Assembly (NCBI GenBank): GCA_951406725.2
Contig: OX597828.1
Location: forward strand, 51,398,001-51,462,000
Length of the DNA: 64,000 bases
Direction of reading: 5' to 3'
Source: Octopus vulgaris
Lineage: Eukaryota
In this document: piece after piece, positions 25,711 through 40,634 of the stretch
How positions within the stretch are numbered: position 1 is the stretch's first letter
Layout: every line of letters starts with the position of its first letter
Program-made: the position numbers and the translations under genes
The notes under the pieces: generated by a model
The model's database searches: none
What the model saw: the letters and a program-made list of their open reading frames with translations, nothing else
What the model was told of the DNA's origin: nothing

Positions 25711-27612
25711 CATTCAGTGCTGCAATATATTTTCTTTATATGCTGTGTTGGAATAACCTCGAGGTCAGGCATCATTTAGCATTGTATAAGATAAATATTG
25801 AAATCAATAGTATTCACAGACAAATTTTCTGTCCTTGTCCCTAAACCGCAAACAATTGTTTTTATAGCTGTTTCTTTTTACAGAATTATAAATAATATCA
25901 TAAATTTTTCCGTTTTATCATGCCAACTAATGCCTTTTTTAGTGTATAAAACATAATTTTATTGTGGCACCTGTTGTGGGAAATGCGATATTTATTGTTT
26001 AGACTAATGGTCGTTTAGAAATTTCAATTTTTGTTATAAATTTCTAAAATACGTTAGCTATTAGAATTTTATGTGGCAACTTTCAGAGGTTTTTCCATTT
26101 TTAATTTCATATTTATAGTATATTCGTGGTGACATTTAATTTTTTTTTATGTATTTTGTATTTTGTAGCATAGAATTAATAACTGAGGAATTTTTGCAAT
26201 GATATATAATCATATTTTCAATAACCTGCTTAATTTTAGCTTATATAGTACTATCCATAATGTGTGGTTCGCGTTATTTACAGTCGTGACCGATGGAAAT
26301 AAATATTTTTAGACAGATTATCTGCATATAAAATTAGACTTCCTATAATAGTTACAAAGATTTAAATAAAATCTTCAACTCATTTTCAGTATTATATTGT
26401 CGTAACAGTCTCCATAAATTGAGAATATATGGTTATCTTTTAAAATTATTTGTAAAATATAAAAGTTTGTACAACTTGTTGAGCTTGGTAACCGAATCAG
26501 ATACAAAAATACTATGTGTCACCAGCAGTATATTTGGACAATGGTGCCTGAAGATCATATATAGAATGGTTAACATGTAACAAAATATAAGTAGTATTTC
26601 TGGAAAAATCTATTTTAGGTTATTTTAAAATCAAAATGCATAGAACTGTAAATGTTGATAAGAAAACACAAACACACGTCCACAATGTCATATGCACATT
26701 TACACCCCCCTCTCACACACTTGTACAACTGTGTGTGCATGAATATATATATATATCGTTGATATTATGCAAAATTGTCGTAAGTCCAAAACTTTGCTTT
26801 TTCACAAAGCGAAAAAATAGTTTCACTTTTCCATTTCTCTTTACATTAGCAATACTTTCAGCTTAAAAATAATACTTTGTAACTACATGCATGTTTGATA
26901 TTTGCACTCAGAAATATTTTTGCAAATCTGTCGTAAGTGGGACTTTTGGAAAATGCTTAAACGTTGGACTACACTTTGACAGTTTTCATATTTTGGCATC
27001 TGAAATAGCTGGAGATACGATAGTTTTACCAAAAGAACTGGCTATTATAAGCAAAATTAAATATTGAGAAAACCGCATTTGACCAAATTTGGACATACGA
27101 CAGCTGAACATTATAGCAACGATATATATATTCTTATGCATGTAAGTGTATGTAAATTTGTGTGTTTGTGTGTGTGCGTGTGTGTGTGTGTGTGCGTGCT
27201 TGTATACTTATTCATAGTCATACGCATACGTCTTATGGTGTCATTCAGGCATTCGATCAATTTAACAGCAGGAGTACAGGCCACAAAAGCACAGTGGTTT
27301 AGTTTAAATTACTTGCTCTTTGCAAGCAAGCAGGTGCACACACACACACACACACATACACATACACAAAGACACATGCACAATCATACGTATAAAGAAT
27401 CTCAATTTTTGTGGAAGGCACTGAATTTTATTCCTGAAATTTATTAGACATAGGTTAATAGACTTACTTTTCTCTCATGTAAACACATGTATCAATAGTG
27501 AGCGGGGGGAGAGTTGAGGATTAAGTGAACTGTTGACATATATAAAACAACAGAAGCCAAAGAAATTACTTGAGAATAAGAATTTGAAATATAAAAGTTT
27601 GGAGTTGTTTAC

Positions 27613-28347
27613 CTTTCTTTTCGAGGCTGCCATTCTTTCATCCCGATTCCTTACTGCTTCTCCAGGAGGGCTTTTGATCCAAACAATATATCCAATCCGA
27701 GCGTATGTGAAAATAAGTACTATAAGTGGTATAAAATACTGCAGAAACATGATGACCATACTGTAGCTCTGGCGTTGGTAATCATGCTCCCAGATTTCTT
27801 GGCACAGACCATTGAAGGCGTCTGATTCATTCCCATCTGAGTTTTCGTTTAGAACACGTGATACAATTGCCGTAGGTAAGGGAGCAGCCATCGCTAAAAC
27901 CCATGTGACGGCTATGATTTTCACCGCTTGTGTATTGGTCAGCTTCGGTCGAAGAGGATGGAGGACAGCTACATAACGGTCCATGCTCATTGCCACTAGA
28001 GTGAATGCACTGAGAAACACTGATACAGCCTGGATATAAGTGACAACTGGACACATGACGTTTCCAAAAGGCCAATAGTTGAGCATGACAGTAGAAACAA
28101 AAGTGAGAGGGATGCAAAGTATCGCCATGAGAATGTCACTGATCGCCAAATTTAGTAGAAAAAGGTTCGTCGCAGTCCTCATCCGTTGGCATATCAGAAT
28201 AATGTGACAGACCAGCACGTTACCTCCAACGGCAACCAACACCACCAACCCATAGACTAATACAAATATCATTTGCACGTACATTGGTGGTGGTTTGTAT
28301 TCGAGTTCAGTAATGTTGGAGTTGCTGAAGTTGAATTGTTCATCCAT
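27613..28347 (-). CDS. First coding exon of a class A neuropeptide GPCR (RYamide/luqin receptor-like; tachykinin/NPY receptor group), TM1-TM5
   Basis: GNVLV (TM1), TNLFLLNLAISD (TM2), WPFG..C, SMDRY (TM3), W..A.P (TM4), QYFIPLIVLIFTY (TM5) and N-terminal N-glycosylation sites. 245 codons end at SKRK followed by a GT donor (AAG|GTAAAC, phase 0); the ORF tail beyond it is intron read-through. Confidence 0.9.
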
Positions 28348-29302
28348 TTTAAGAAATTTTCTTAAATAAATATTTACAATATTTTAATAGAAATTGATGC
28401 TGCCTATTGTCTTCTACGCCGAATATTCTGCTGTTCTCTGTTTCCAAAATCTTCACTCTTCAAATATTATTTCACATATTACTACTCCAAATGCCTATCA
28501 TAAATGAATATAATTAGCACTTATTTTTGCTTCTTCTTTAATATCGCTTCATCTACCGTCATCTTCCATATCATTCTCCTACTCGTCATCATCTTTATTA
28601 CTTGTGGTCTTATACTCTCTGTCAATTCAGTATCCCTGACGACTATGTTTAATTCAGATGTCCAATAAGAATTCAATCTCGAAATGTTGTAAGATTTATA
28701 ATGAAGGTGACTAGAAGCATACTTGAATATCAAAATATGTGTGCTGGGAAAATGGAGGAATATCTTCCAGATGAAATATCTGAAATGAAATGGAGAACGT
28801 ATTATGGCAAAATATAAGAACAATTATTTTGTGGTCTAATGTGTATTAAAAGTATATTAACGATAGACCGACATACTTCACAGACGAATAAGTAAACAAT
28901 TATGAGGATTAACAGAAGTATGCCTATGTTATGATAAAAAATAAAAAGTGGAAACAAATAAAAGACAACTTTTAAAAAAATCATTGCAAAAGCAATGCAA
29001 AGTATGATGGATGTTACTTTAAGAGATGTGCAGCAGCGTCAGTGTAGCAATGGAAGGCGTTTCAGAGGCTGATCTTTCCACACTTTATTCCTTGCATTGC
29101 CTTAATATTTCCTTATCCATACTTCTCTATGTATCTCATTCTATATCACAGAAAAATAGATCACTCATACATCAAATTATAGGGATGAACGTTTGCAGAA
29201 ACATCTAATCGATAGATTCATAAATTCATATTAAGATGTCAACAGTGACTCTAATAAGAACTGTCATCTTTTTACACTGCATATACGAACATTGGGTAAG
29301 TG

Positions 29303-29339
<37 letters not shown>

Positions 29340-29352
29340 GGGCATACATATA

Positions 29353-29428
<76 letters not shown>

Positions 29429-29484
29429 CATATACATATATTCATATATATATATGTGTATGTGTATATATAAATGTGTATATA

Positions 29485-29545
<61 letters not shown>

Positions 29546-29843
29546 TCATATATTTGATACTTTATATGTATGTATGTGTACATGTAGAGGCGCGTGGTAC
29601 TTTTGGCGTTTTGCACTTACGATTGGAAGGTTGTAGTTTCGATTCCTGCGACGAGTGATAAGTTTCCTTCTTGAACAAGAACTTTCATTTCGTACTCGTT
29701 ACTCCAGAACACTCAGTGGGCGGGAGTAGGTAATCCTGCTTGAACCGGCGTCCCTTCTAAGGGAGGTTGGGGAATATATATGCCCCAGAATAGGGAAACT
29801 AGTCTTAAAAGCCCAAGGTGCGAAAAAGAACTGTAAATTCTTT

Positions 29844-29914
<71 letters not shown>

Positions 29915-29918
29915 AGCA

Positions 29919-30110
29919 TACAGGATCTTGCAGATAAACTGAGACAATATTTACGATGCATAAAACTGGTTATAAATACTGAAATAATGTTAGCAGACAG
30001 ATATAATTTTAACGTAACATTAATTACAACAAAATATATGGCCGCCCATTTCAGCCATTACTGCCTCCACACAAGATACTCAGTCTTCCAAAAATTGACC
30101 AAATTGTTGA
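29919..30110 (-). mobile_element. Tc1/mariner 3' end fragment
   Basis: TA-CAGGATCTTGCAGATAAACTGAGAC TIR-like end; the minus strand encodes a ...EAVMAEMGGHI C-terminal transposase-like segment. Confidence 0.45.
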
Positions 30111-30119
30111 TATGAATGG

Positions 30120-30544
30120 TGTGTTCTGGAACTCGCACCAACGAATTTCGAGCGACGAATTGTGAAAGGATACGGTTACAGCAATGTTTGTGTCTCGCTT
30201 GCTTACGGAAGGTCAAAAGCAGTCATGGCTGAATGCGTACCGTGAATTTCAAGGACAGTTGGAATTTGATCCAGAACTCTTTTCGAAGTAGGTCATCACT
30301 GGTGACGAAAAGTGGTGCTATGGTATTTGCAGATGTGGAAGCGGGGAAGAAGAAAAATGATAGAGGCATTAAAAGCATCACTTTGCAAGAGTTCCAGCAC
30401 TGTTTCGAATATGGGAAAGCGCGCATAAACCTATGTATTATTTCAAATGGATAATAGTCTGAAGGTGACAAAGCGTAAACATGTAAAACTAATTGAATAA
30501 AATAATATTGCAAAAGTCAGTGTTCTTGTGGGAACCCCTTCGTA
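30120..30544 (+). mobile_element. Internally deleted mariner fragment
   Basis: VITGDEKWCY (first catalytic D) at ~30290-30320, then a C-terminal ITLQEFQHCFE...CIISNG segment and a TIR-like end GAACCCCTTCGTA. Confidence 0.65.
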
Positions 30545-33500
30545 TATACAATAGGTGTGAATTTTCTATGAGAAATCCTTCATAATGAATCCCTGAAAGG
30601 GACGAAAACGTTAAATAAATTGCTTTTCTCCAAATTCTGACTATCTTTTTTAAATATATAAATTCTATATACAACTTCAAATAATCTATACATATCTATA
30701 TACGTACACATAAACACACATACACACCCAGATACACAAACACACATATATGTATGTGTGTTTGATACAACATGGACTGTGAGCACCTAAGAACGTCTGC
30801 TGTTTTAAGAAATTATAGATAATTAGATTATAGCTTCTAATTCAAGAAATTGATGTCGTTTTTCTTTACGTATTCGTAATTGTAGAAAAATACACAATGG
30901 ATTATGTTGAATTGTAAAATTTAATAACGATGCATGAACGAGGGGATATCGAATGATTTTCTATTTCTGTAATGGACGGTGTTTGTGACCTTAATGTCCT
31001 GCGTCTTTTTCCTTTATGTACAAGAAACAGTCCGTGGCAATCGGTTAGCATATATATAAGGAAAATAATTCTTTCGGATATTATCTTTTCTTTTCTTCTT
31101 TTGTTTTATTTTTGCAAGTTATTCGTATCTCTAGAAATCGACGTAGGCCAAGGAAATTAAACTTCTTCCGGATTTCAGTTAGGACACAATGAGAGTCTTT
31201 AGGCGAGATTCTTATAATAATTCTGCTAGTTACTGCGTTCCTTAACCCGTCGGTAACGCTTTCACGGGATTGCAAAAAGTGAGGGAGAAAGAAAACAGGA
31301 AGAGAGAAAAAGATGGAGGGAGAAGTAGAGGGAGAGAGAAGTATGAATGACATGAGTTAGAGGGAATGTAATTGTAGCGCTTTTACACGATTAGTTGAAG
31401 GGAAAGAAAGGCGAAAGGAAAAGGAGAAAAAGAGGATAAGACGAAGAGTGAGACAGAAAGAGGGAGAAAGAAAAGAGAAAGAGAGAAGCGTCTATGACGT
31501 GAGATAGGGGAAACGTTAGTTGAATGTACTGATATAGAGAGACTTAGAAATATGATTTTAGCAGAGGGGTGAAATTCCATTGGTGAGGTTAAAGAAAGGT
31601 AGAGAAAGGGGAAAGAAAGGGAGAGAGGGGAGAGACAGGAGGGACAGAGAGGGGGAATGGAGAGAGTGGGAGACAGAGGAGGGAGAGTGAGAGGGAGATG
31701 ATGGCGGTAGTGATTGCATAGGAAAACGTTTATATGTTTAAACTTGAACTAGATATTTTTATATCACCTACAACTAAACGTATGCGCATAAGTACAATTC
31801 CTTGAAATATTCAGAATTATTTAGGTGGCAGATATATGCCATTTAACTAAAGGCTATATCATGTACACGGGATATTTTTTTCTTTATGGGAAAAATGGTA
31901 AAATATGAGTCAATATTTATTCTATGTGTGCCGTAGGTAAGTGTAAAAATTGTGCTTAAAATATATAAACTGTATATACAAAGTGCATTAAGTAATCATC
32001 GTATTCCAATTTCTTTCACTTTTCAATGAGTTGAGATGAGCGATTATCTTTCCATACATACATAACACGGGTTATGTTGTCAAGTTTTGGCATGAAGTTT
32101 CAGAAATAACTTAGTATATTTACTCTTAATTCCGTGAAATATTCACGGGTCTCGTTAGTGTACTATCGTTTTGTGTTCCAGAGTCATTTTCATACAACTA
32201 AACAAAAGTTACCTTTAAGCCGTACTATAGAGCACATGTAACAGCGAAACGCTATTTTTCTTAGAATTTGATCAAGTGAGTAGCATATTTAGTCAGTTGG
32301 TCTGAAATCGAATCATCTTGTTTCAGTACATTTTCGATATAGACGAAGGTGACAAATAAATGAAGAAGAAACTTTCTGACATAGGTAATATGCATTTTAG
32401 CACATTTATGTATGTATCACAGATGTAATTTGCAAGAGGATAACTAAATAGCAATTTGCAGATCAATTCCTAAATTTCCCTCGATATTCAAAGCATCACA
32501 TAGATGAACACATTTATCGATTCTTAGCTTATACTTATTTATTTTCATGTCATTTGGGAGTAAGACGTTCTCACTTGCGCGTAGCATAAATATCCCCCAA
32601 TGAAATGATGGAGATATAATGAAGTGGATTGTTTCATCCTATCAATAACATATAATACTAAAAATTGTTTTTAAATACTTTCTTCCCCTCAAACTTTGGA
32701 CCCTAATGATGACTTTTCCAAGACAAAGTTCCTATGAACGATTTCTTTCTGGAAATTCCACGGGGGTTTGGTCAAATTTTTGCAGAATTTATGTTTATTA
32801 TATAATGTATCCTTGTCACACAAAAAAATAGAATTATTACCCAATCGGAAATAAATGTATTTAAACGAAGTTTATGATTTATGGAGGTAATTTTATTTGC
32901 ATGAACGGTAACCTGCATTTGATTCAAAATATACGTAATTTTAAATCGCATTATATAATCTTTATTTTCAAGTAACACACACTGAATATCGAAAACTTTT
33001 CTCACAGGTAATTGTGACAGCGTTGCCTTGTATATGATCCTTGATGATAATTTCTAGAAATTGACATCCGCAACATTTGGTAGTGAACGACATATCCCAT
33101 CTCTGCTGTAAATAACATGATACATTTTAATATAGACATCAATCTGGCTTTATACGACCCTTCAGATCCAAACGAAGTCATTCAAAGTCAATATTTGTTT
33201 TCTCGGGGGGGGGGGGGGTCATGTGATTTTGCTCTACTTCCTTTTTAGCAATTTCTTCACATGATTCTCGAGACATTGCTATGTGTCGTAGCACTTTTCC
33301 ATTTGAGAAAGGCATACCTAGATCTTATTCCCAGCTTTAATTCCATAAGTACAGAAGCAATGGACATTTCGCAAACCAAAACAACTGAATTACACTCATT
33401 ATACAACTTTTTTTATATCTGTAAATTTTGATCTTTTTTCTTTACGTAACAACTCTCCCTCTATTTTTGACGTTTATATGTGTCTGGATTCTTGATGACA

Positions 33501-34049
33501 CTTCTCTCTCCCTTCACTTTAATTTGGTTTTGATCGTTGTATTTGGTTTCTGGATGTCTGGTAAAAAAAAAATCGATATTTTCCTCTCTTTCGTTGCGCT
33601 TTCTACTTCGATATCTTGTTAACATCTATTCAAGAAGCTTTTCTTTGGAGTACAGTTTCAGTTTGTCTACAAGTAACATACCTGCTAGAACCATTTATTC
33701 TTTCATTTTCACATCGTTTATCTTGTTTCTGGATTCAATGTACTTATCGATTGAAAAATTTTATCCTTTGGTATTCGCTCCCATTTCATCTTGTTGGAGG
33801 TCATGTCTTCATCGATTCACATCGATTTTCCTTGGCCTTCTATCAACCGATTAATTTGCTGAAGCCATTGTGTTTCTTTTGCTATTTATTGCCAGACATT
33901 TCAAGTGATGTTAAACTCGGAAATCTTAGAAATGTTTATCACTAAATCCTTTAAAGAAGACAGATTATAGAACATATTGGAAATATTTTCTTCTCTTCTC
34001 TTCTATGATGTGACCATTATATATATATACATACATACATACATGCATT

Positions 34050-34102
<53 letters not shown>

Positions 34103-34294
34103 TTATATATGTGTATACGTACATACTTATATGTATTCATATTGTTGAAAGTCACAGAAAAACAAAAGACAAATACAGGTATATAAACAACAAGCAGGTG
34201 TATTAGCATGACGTTCCGGAAGGTGGGACTATCTTTTACGTTTCAAGCCTACGCTCTTCTACAGAAAGGAATACAAGCAAATATTCATATACAT

Positions 34295-34350
<56 letters not shown>

Positions 34351-34418
34351 TCATATATACACACATATATATATATGCATAAAAACATAGATATATATAT
34401 ATATACATGCATGCATAC

Positions 34419-34449
<31 letters not shown>

Positions 34450-34512
34450 TACATATACATATTTACACAATATATATATATACATACAAACATATATATA
34501 TACATATATATT

Positions 34513-34543
<31 letters not shown>

Positions 34544-34599
34544 ATATATATACATACATATATATATATTCATCTGCACGTAGTCAATGTGAATTTTTT

Positions 34600-36420
34600 C
34601 CTTTTTGGGTTGCTTCTTCATGAAATAAGTGGACCGAATTCCTTCTCCTCCTCAACAACAATTGAAGATCAATTTGTTCGTATTCATGAAGAATCTTGTT
34701 TTACTTTAAATTTGTTAGAAGATTACAATCATTGGGACAGAACAACGTCTGAGGCTTCAGTGTCACGCACACCTGTTTCTTTGACATATTCGTTTTACAA
34801 TTCTTCTCCTGAATTGTGAAGCAAGTAATCCATTAGCGTTGTGGCACAAATATAAGAATGATTTTTCAGAAGACTACAAATATCAAGCACAGTTAAGATT
34901 CCCTTAAAGGGAAATAGTATTCAACTATGACATATAAAATTCTGCATTGGCTGGTATTGAAAGTCGCGTTGTCTCATTGGGAGGGGAGGAGCTTTGCAAG
35001 TTTTGTTTCCCTGAAGCTCATCGAAATGAAGTGGATAATATGATACGTCATATGATATTGATTCATTAAGATTCCTTGAATAAATCTACCGAAACTTTTG
35101 CCAGTCCAACAACTTGCATATACAACAATCATTGATCAAGTGACACTTAAGAGAGGAGGATTATATTTTTTAGACACTCCAGGAGGAACTGGAAGGACTT
35201 TTGTTACAAATTTAGTGCTAGCCAATGTCCGGCAGAAAAAAGGGAATATCTTTAGCTGTAGAGAGCACTGGAATTGCAGCGATCACTCTCAGGTGGTCGA
35301 ACAGCTCATGCAACATTCAATCTGCTATTCAATCTAATTTCAAATGATGAACCTCTCAGCAATATTAGTAAAAGTACTTCTTTAGCTCAAGTTCTCAAGA
35401 AATGTTGTCTGATCATATGGCACGAGGCTATAATGTTCCATAAAACAAAATCAGTACAAACTGTTAACAGAATGCTGCAGGATTTGCACAATTCCAATTG
35501 TCTGATGCAATGTATGACAGTAGTACTTACAGGTGATTCCAGAAAATCTTTGCCTGTGATTCCCAGGGGAACAAAGGCGGATGAATTGAAAACATGCTTT
35601 AAATATTCTGTTTTATGGAAATATATCAAAGTGTTAATACGAGGCCACATTTGCATGGGGATCATCTGTCGGAACAATTTGCCCATACTATTTGGCAATT
35701 TGGAGAAGAAAGGCTGGATATCAATCATGGAGGTGACTTGAATCCATCAAATATCTTCACCTTGGTCCGCTCGTTCGAAGAACATATTGAAAAAGCTTTT
35801 CCAAGTATAATTCCCAATTACGAAAATGCTGCTGGTGTGCGAAAAGCAATCATGGCACCAAAGACCGTTACTGTGTATAATTTAAATGAAAGACAGAAAA
35901 AATATTTTGCCAGGAAACGAATATAAATACAAAACTATAGACTCTGTTGTGGACGAATCGGAAATAGTCAATTACCCTCTTGAGTTCTTAAACTCACTGC
36001 AGTCCCCAAGACTTCTTTGCCTTCCATTGAAAATAGGCGCTCCAGTCATGCTTCTGCACAAAGTTTCTCAACCAAAACTATGCAATGGCACAAGACTTGT
36101 GTCGAGAAATTAATGAAAGATGTCTCACAGGCCACAATAATTTCTGACTGTGAAAAGAATTGAACATATTTTATTCCTCTCTTGCTGTAAGTAACTTCCA
36201 ATATTCCCTTCGAGTTCAAACGACTTCAATTTTCAATACGTCTATCTTTTGCGATGCTCATTAATAAGTCCAAAGATCAGACATGGAAAGTTGGTCGTTT
36301 GCAATCAGAAGATCACTGTTTGTCGCACGGTCAGTTATATTTTGGGACATCCAGAGTGGGGAGTAAAAACAATGTTTTCATTTTTGCCAGTAATTACAGC
36401 TTGAATTCCACGAGGTATGG
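34600..36420 (+). pseudogene. Helitron Rep/Hel PIF1-type helicase remnant
   Basis: GLYFLDTPGGTGRTF (Walker A), [56 protein letters not shown] and INKSKDQT..SHGQLYFGTSRV, spread over shifted frames. Confidence 0.9.
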
Positions 36421-36560
36421 AATCGTAAAAGTTTGAATTCTTTCCAAAGTAATTTTGGTCCATTCTTCAGCTAAAACAGTCTCCAGCTCTTCTAGTGATC
36501 ATGGTGGATGATATCCATTCCTTACATGCACCATAAATGTTCAATAATATTGAGACCTGT
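36420..36560 (-). mobile_element. Tc1-like transposase C-terminal fragment
   Basis: Minus strand reads LNIIEHLW...SLEELETVLAEEWTKITLE (PDLNPIENLW-like). Confidence 0.6.
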
Positions 36561-36654
36561 ATGTATGTATATATATGTAAATATATACATATATATATAT
36601 ATATGTGTGTGTGTGTCTGTGTGTGTGTATATACATATATGTAGGTATATATAT

Positions 36655-36963
36655 ATCACGTGATCAGGTGACCGACCAGGCCATCAGATGTTGCTAGACA
36701 TCACTGGTCACAATACTCTTCGCATTGTTTTAGCCTTCAATGACGCCACCCGGCTTGCTAGGTGAGCAAGCCAATGGAAGAAAGAGTGAGAGAAAGTTGT
36801 GGTGAAAGAGTCCAGCAGGGATCACCACCACTCCCTGCCGGAGCCTTGTGGAGTTTTAAGTGTTTTCGCTCAACAAATACTCATGACGCCTGGTCTGGGA
36901 ATCGAAACCGCGATCCTACGACCGCGAATCTGCTGCCCTAATCACTGGGCTATTGCGCTCCAC
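36655..36963 (-). mobile_element. SINE family A, subtype 1
   Basis: Reverse-complement match to 17599-17909. Confidence 0.85.
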
Positions 36964-37082
36964 ATACACACACACACACACACACACATACATGTATATA
37001 TACATATATAATACACACTCACGCACGCACACCCAAACACACACTCACACACACACGTACGTACACACACACACACAAACAC

Positions 37083-37378
37083 TATAGCGTCAGGCCCACG
37101 TTGTGACTAGATTTCGTATACGGAAACTGAAAGTAGGCTGTCCTATATATGTGTATATTTTTTGTGTGTGCGCGTATGTGTATGCGTGTTTGTGTGTCTT
37201 TTTTTGTACCCCCACCATCGCTTGACAACCGATGTTGCTGTGTTTTCGGACTCGTAACTTGGTTGTTTGGCAAAACACACTGATGGAATAAGTCCAAGAT
37301 CTGGGGTCGAATTTTTCGATTAAATGCGGTGCTGTAGCATAACAGCAGTCACATCACCAAAACAAGTAAAACAATAAA
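37083..37378 (+). mobile_element. Diverged SINE family C, 5'-truncated
   Basis: CGGAAACTGAAAG, CGCTTGACAACCGATG and AAACAAGTAAAA motifs. Confidence 0.7.
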
Positions 37379-37395
37379 AATCTATGCCATTTTAA

Positions 37396-37423
37396 TCACG
37401 AGCAACGCTGGGTATCTCGGCTA

Positions 37424-37424
<1 letters not shown>
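37396..37424 (+). mobile_element. Helitron 3' terminus
   Basis: Subterminal hairpin-like CGAGCAACGCTGGGTA followed by CTAG|T. Similar sequence at 62657-62685. Confidence 0.6.
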
Positions 37425-37455
<31 letters not shown>

Positions 37456-37657
37456 CATAGGACTAAAGCCATCTGAATATATTTGCAGGCGATACCAGAA
37501 AGGCTCGACACCGGTGTCGAGCCTTTCTGGTGACGTCGATGATCGCCTGGGGCTAAATGCAACAGAACACCCCACCACCCTAGCCATATTCAGATGGCTT
37601 TAGTCCCTATGTTATCGAGCAGTTACTGTCTATATCCCTTTTAGAGAATTATTATTG

Positions 37658-37690
<33 letters not shown>

Positions 37691-38256
37691 TATTCATACA
37701 TACATCCGCAGACAGATTGCTTAACTTCGACAATCCTTTTTGCTCAATGGTTTATCATATGTAGCAATACGCGTGGTATTTTCTTGTTATCGATTTGATA
37801 TATTAGCTAAAAACTTATATTCTGCTGTCTAGGTCGGAGTCTTTATAATAAAATCGGAGTTCTTAATTGCAATTGAACCATATTTAACGCTTAACCTTGT
37901 CGCTTATTAATAATTGCAAAATCTATTATTCACATTTAAAAATATTTGTTCAGAAAATTAATCTTCTTTCATATGAAAACCATGTATGTCATTTGGATAA
38001 CAACATCATTCTCTTATTAAGCATACATTTATCATTTTTAATAAATTGAAGATTTTATAATTAAAGAAATACATTATAAGTTTTAGAACCTCATATATAA
38101 TTGTCATAGGATATGAGATTCGTTTCGAAATCATTTATAATCTGTTCAGACTTTCAGTAACTTAGATTTAATACTGTGATTCGGAAGGTTCAATGTCCAT
38201 ACAAGCAGTCCCCTTATACATACATGCATACATACATACATACATACATATATATA

Positions 38257-38362
<106 letters not shown>

Positions 38363-40257
38363 TATATATATATATATATATGCATCCATATGCATACAGA
38401 TACATGCATATATACATATATGCAAACATCAATATATATGTATATATATATAGACATACACACACACAAACACATATATATATATATATATATATCTGTG
38501 TATGTGTATGCCTTAGTTACGTGGTCGCATATACACTGGTGTTCATATCACTGAATAAATACTTGAACGTTTCGTCCCAGCGTGATCAATGTGCAATCGT
38601 TGAAATCAGTTATATTATAAAAAATTACGCACGCGATATCTCTTTTAATTGCATCTCCTTCTATGACCCCATCGTAATCAGGAATAATATTTCATGAATC
38701 AGTGATTATTTCCATTGTTAATTGCAACAGATAAAGTGAAATTGACGTTATAGAATATTGAAGATATAAGTTATCGAGAGAACGTTGGAACCGCTGTACG
38801 CAGAGAGGTTTTTACATACAGACTAACTTACAAGCACATACAGTGTCACCAGTGCACGCACACACACAAACACGCACACACACACAAACACGCACACACA
38901 CTTAATCCTCAGTCTCCTTCTCTCTTTCTCTCTCCTTTCTTGTCTCGTTCTTTCTCTCTCCCTCCTTTTCTCTCTCCCCTTTCTATCTCTCCCTCTTTCT
39001 CTCTCTCCCTCTTTCGCGCTCCCTCTCTCTCCCTCCTTCTTCATAACTCAAACACAGACACACGTATTCGCACAAAAATATTATTTCTTAGGCGTAATAT
39101 CAAATCACCCAAAAATGCTAATTTTTTTCTTTGGAAATAATTTTAATTTCCATCTTTTCTATGGAGTGTATTGATTTAAACGTCGTATCCGATAATATGT
39201 ATCTTCTAGTCAAGACTAATCTTCAATGGTATGTTAATCTTCTTGAATATGGGAAAGTGTTGATGATTGTATTTCTCTGTTGTTGAAGTCAATCAAGAGA
39301 ATTATCTGCTCCAGAATTAGCATATAACTGGCAGATTCTGAGAAAGGCTCAACCTAAGAAAATTAGTGAATTAAAGGTATGACCATTTGATGGACTTCTA
39401 CACGATCGTCACCAACCTCCATCTTGCTCACACGGTATTGTTCGTCCCCAGGTTATAGAAAATTACTCCTGTCTAAAGACGCTACTCACTGAGATTGCAC
39501 TGAGGACCCATTGTTGTGAAGCAAACAACTTTAATATAATGGCAGATTGTCCCTTTACTATAATGGCAGTTTTCCTTAGTCAAAATACATCTTCCCTGCT
39601 TTGAATTCTTCATTCAGACTTTAATCAAATTCCCTTTGTTACAACACTTCGGGCCACCTATTTCACTTGAGGAAAACATCCTTCTTGTCGCTACTCTTGC
39701 ACCACCTCACGAAGTAGAAATAAAATTCCCTCTATCATATACTCTTAAGTGAAGAACAAACGTAAACTATTTTAGTAAATTATCAAAACGGATATATAAT
39801 TTTAATCAAATTATTTCAAAGTTTTAAATTATTAGTGATGTTGTCGGTAATAGGACAGTGAGCTATTTATTCGTTGCCTAAATTATTATCAAACAAGTAT
39901 CGCACAAATATTTAAGAAGAAAAATGAAAGCCGAATATGCTTAAATAGTTTTATATTTTATGACGATATAAACAACCGTTGGATGGTACAATTTAGCCGG
40001 AAGTTCACTATCAGATACACTGTTTGTCAGTTCTTACAATTCTAGCTTCACAATAGTCTCAACTATAACATTTGACACGTTGTCATTCTGTCACGGCCCA
40101 CGCCACATGTCCAATAAATATGTTTTAACATTTTTGTATCTGTATAATTGTCCTTCAATGCTCTCTATAACTAGCCTTTCGAAGAAATTCGGAAGCAGTC
40201 CCTGACGGCCTCACGCTCATAGAAAAATGTTTTGCATGACACATAGCTGTGAATATA

Positions 40258-40350
<93 letters not shown>

Positions 40351-40634
40351 TGTATATATATTTATGTCTATCTATGTATTTACTATCTATCTTTCTAGAA
40401 AAAGAATCACTTCACTGGTAGTTCAAATTTCTTCTTTAAAAATTACTTTAATAACGTAACTTTTCGTCTTTGGTTCGTAGATCTATATCTTATATTTGTG
40501 TCTGGGCTGATGGTGTTACTGGGGTATGAGTTATGTGGCTTGTGATTAAAATGTCTGTTGATATAATTGTTTTTTATATATTGGTTTAGGAAGGACATCA
40601 TGGTAGCTCACATATTTACTTCCCTACATAAAAT

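Noticed and set aside
27475-27612. C-terminal 45 aa of the 290-aa GPCR ORF
   Set aside because: Lies after the GT donor and lacks TM6/TM7 motifs; intron read-through.
33000-33950. Possible decayed retroelement (YKARL-like on the minus strand)
   Set aside because: Single short motif; cannot be supported without a homology search.
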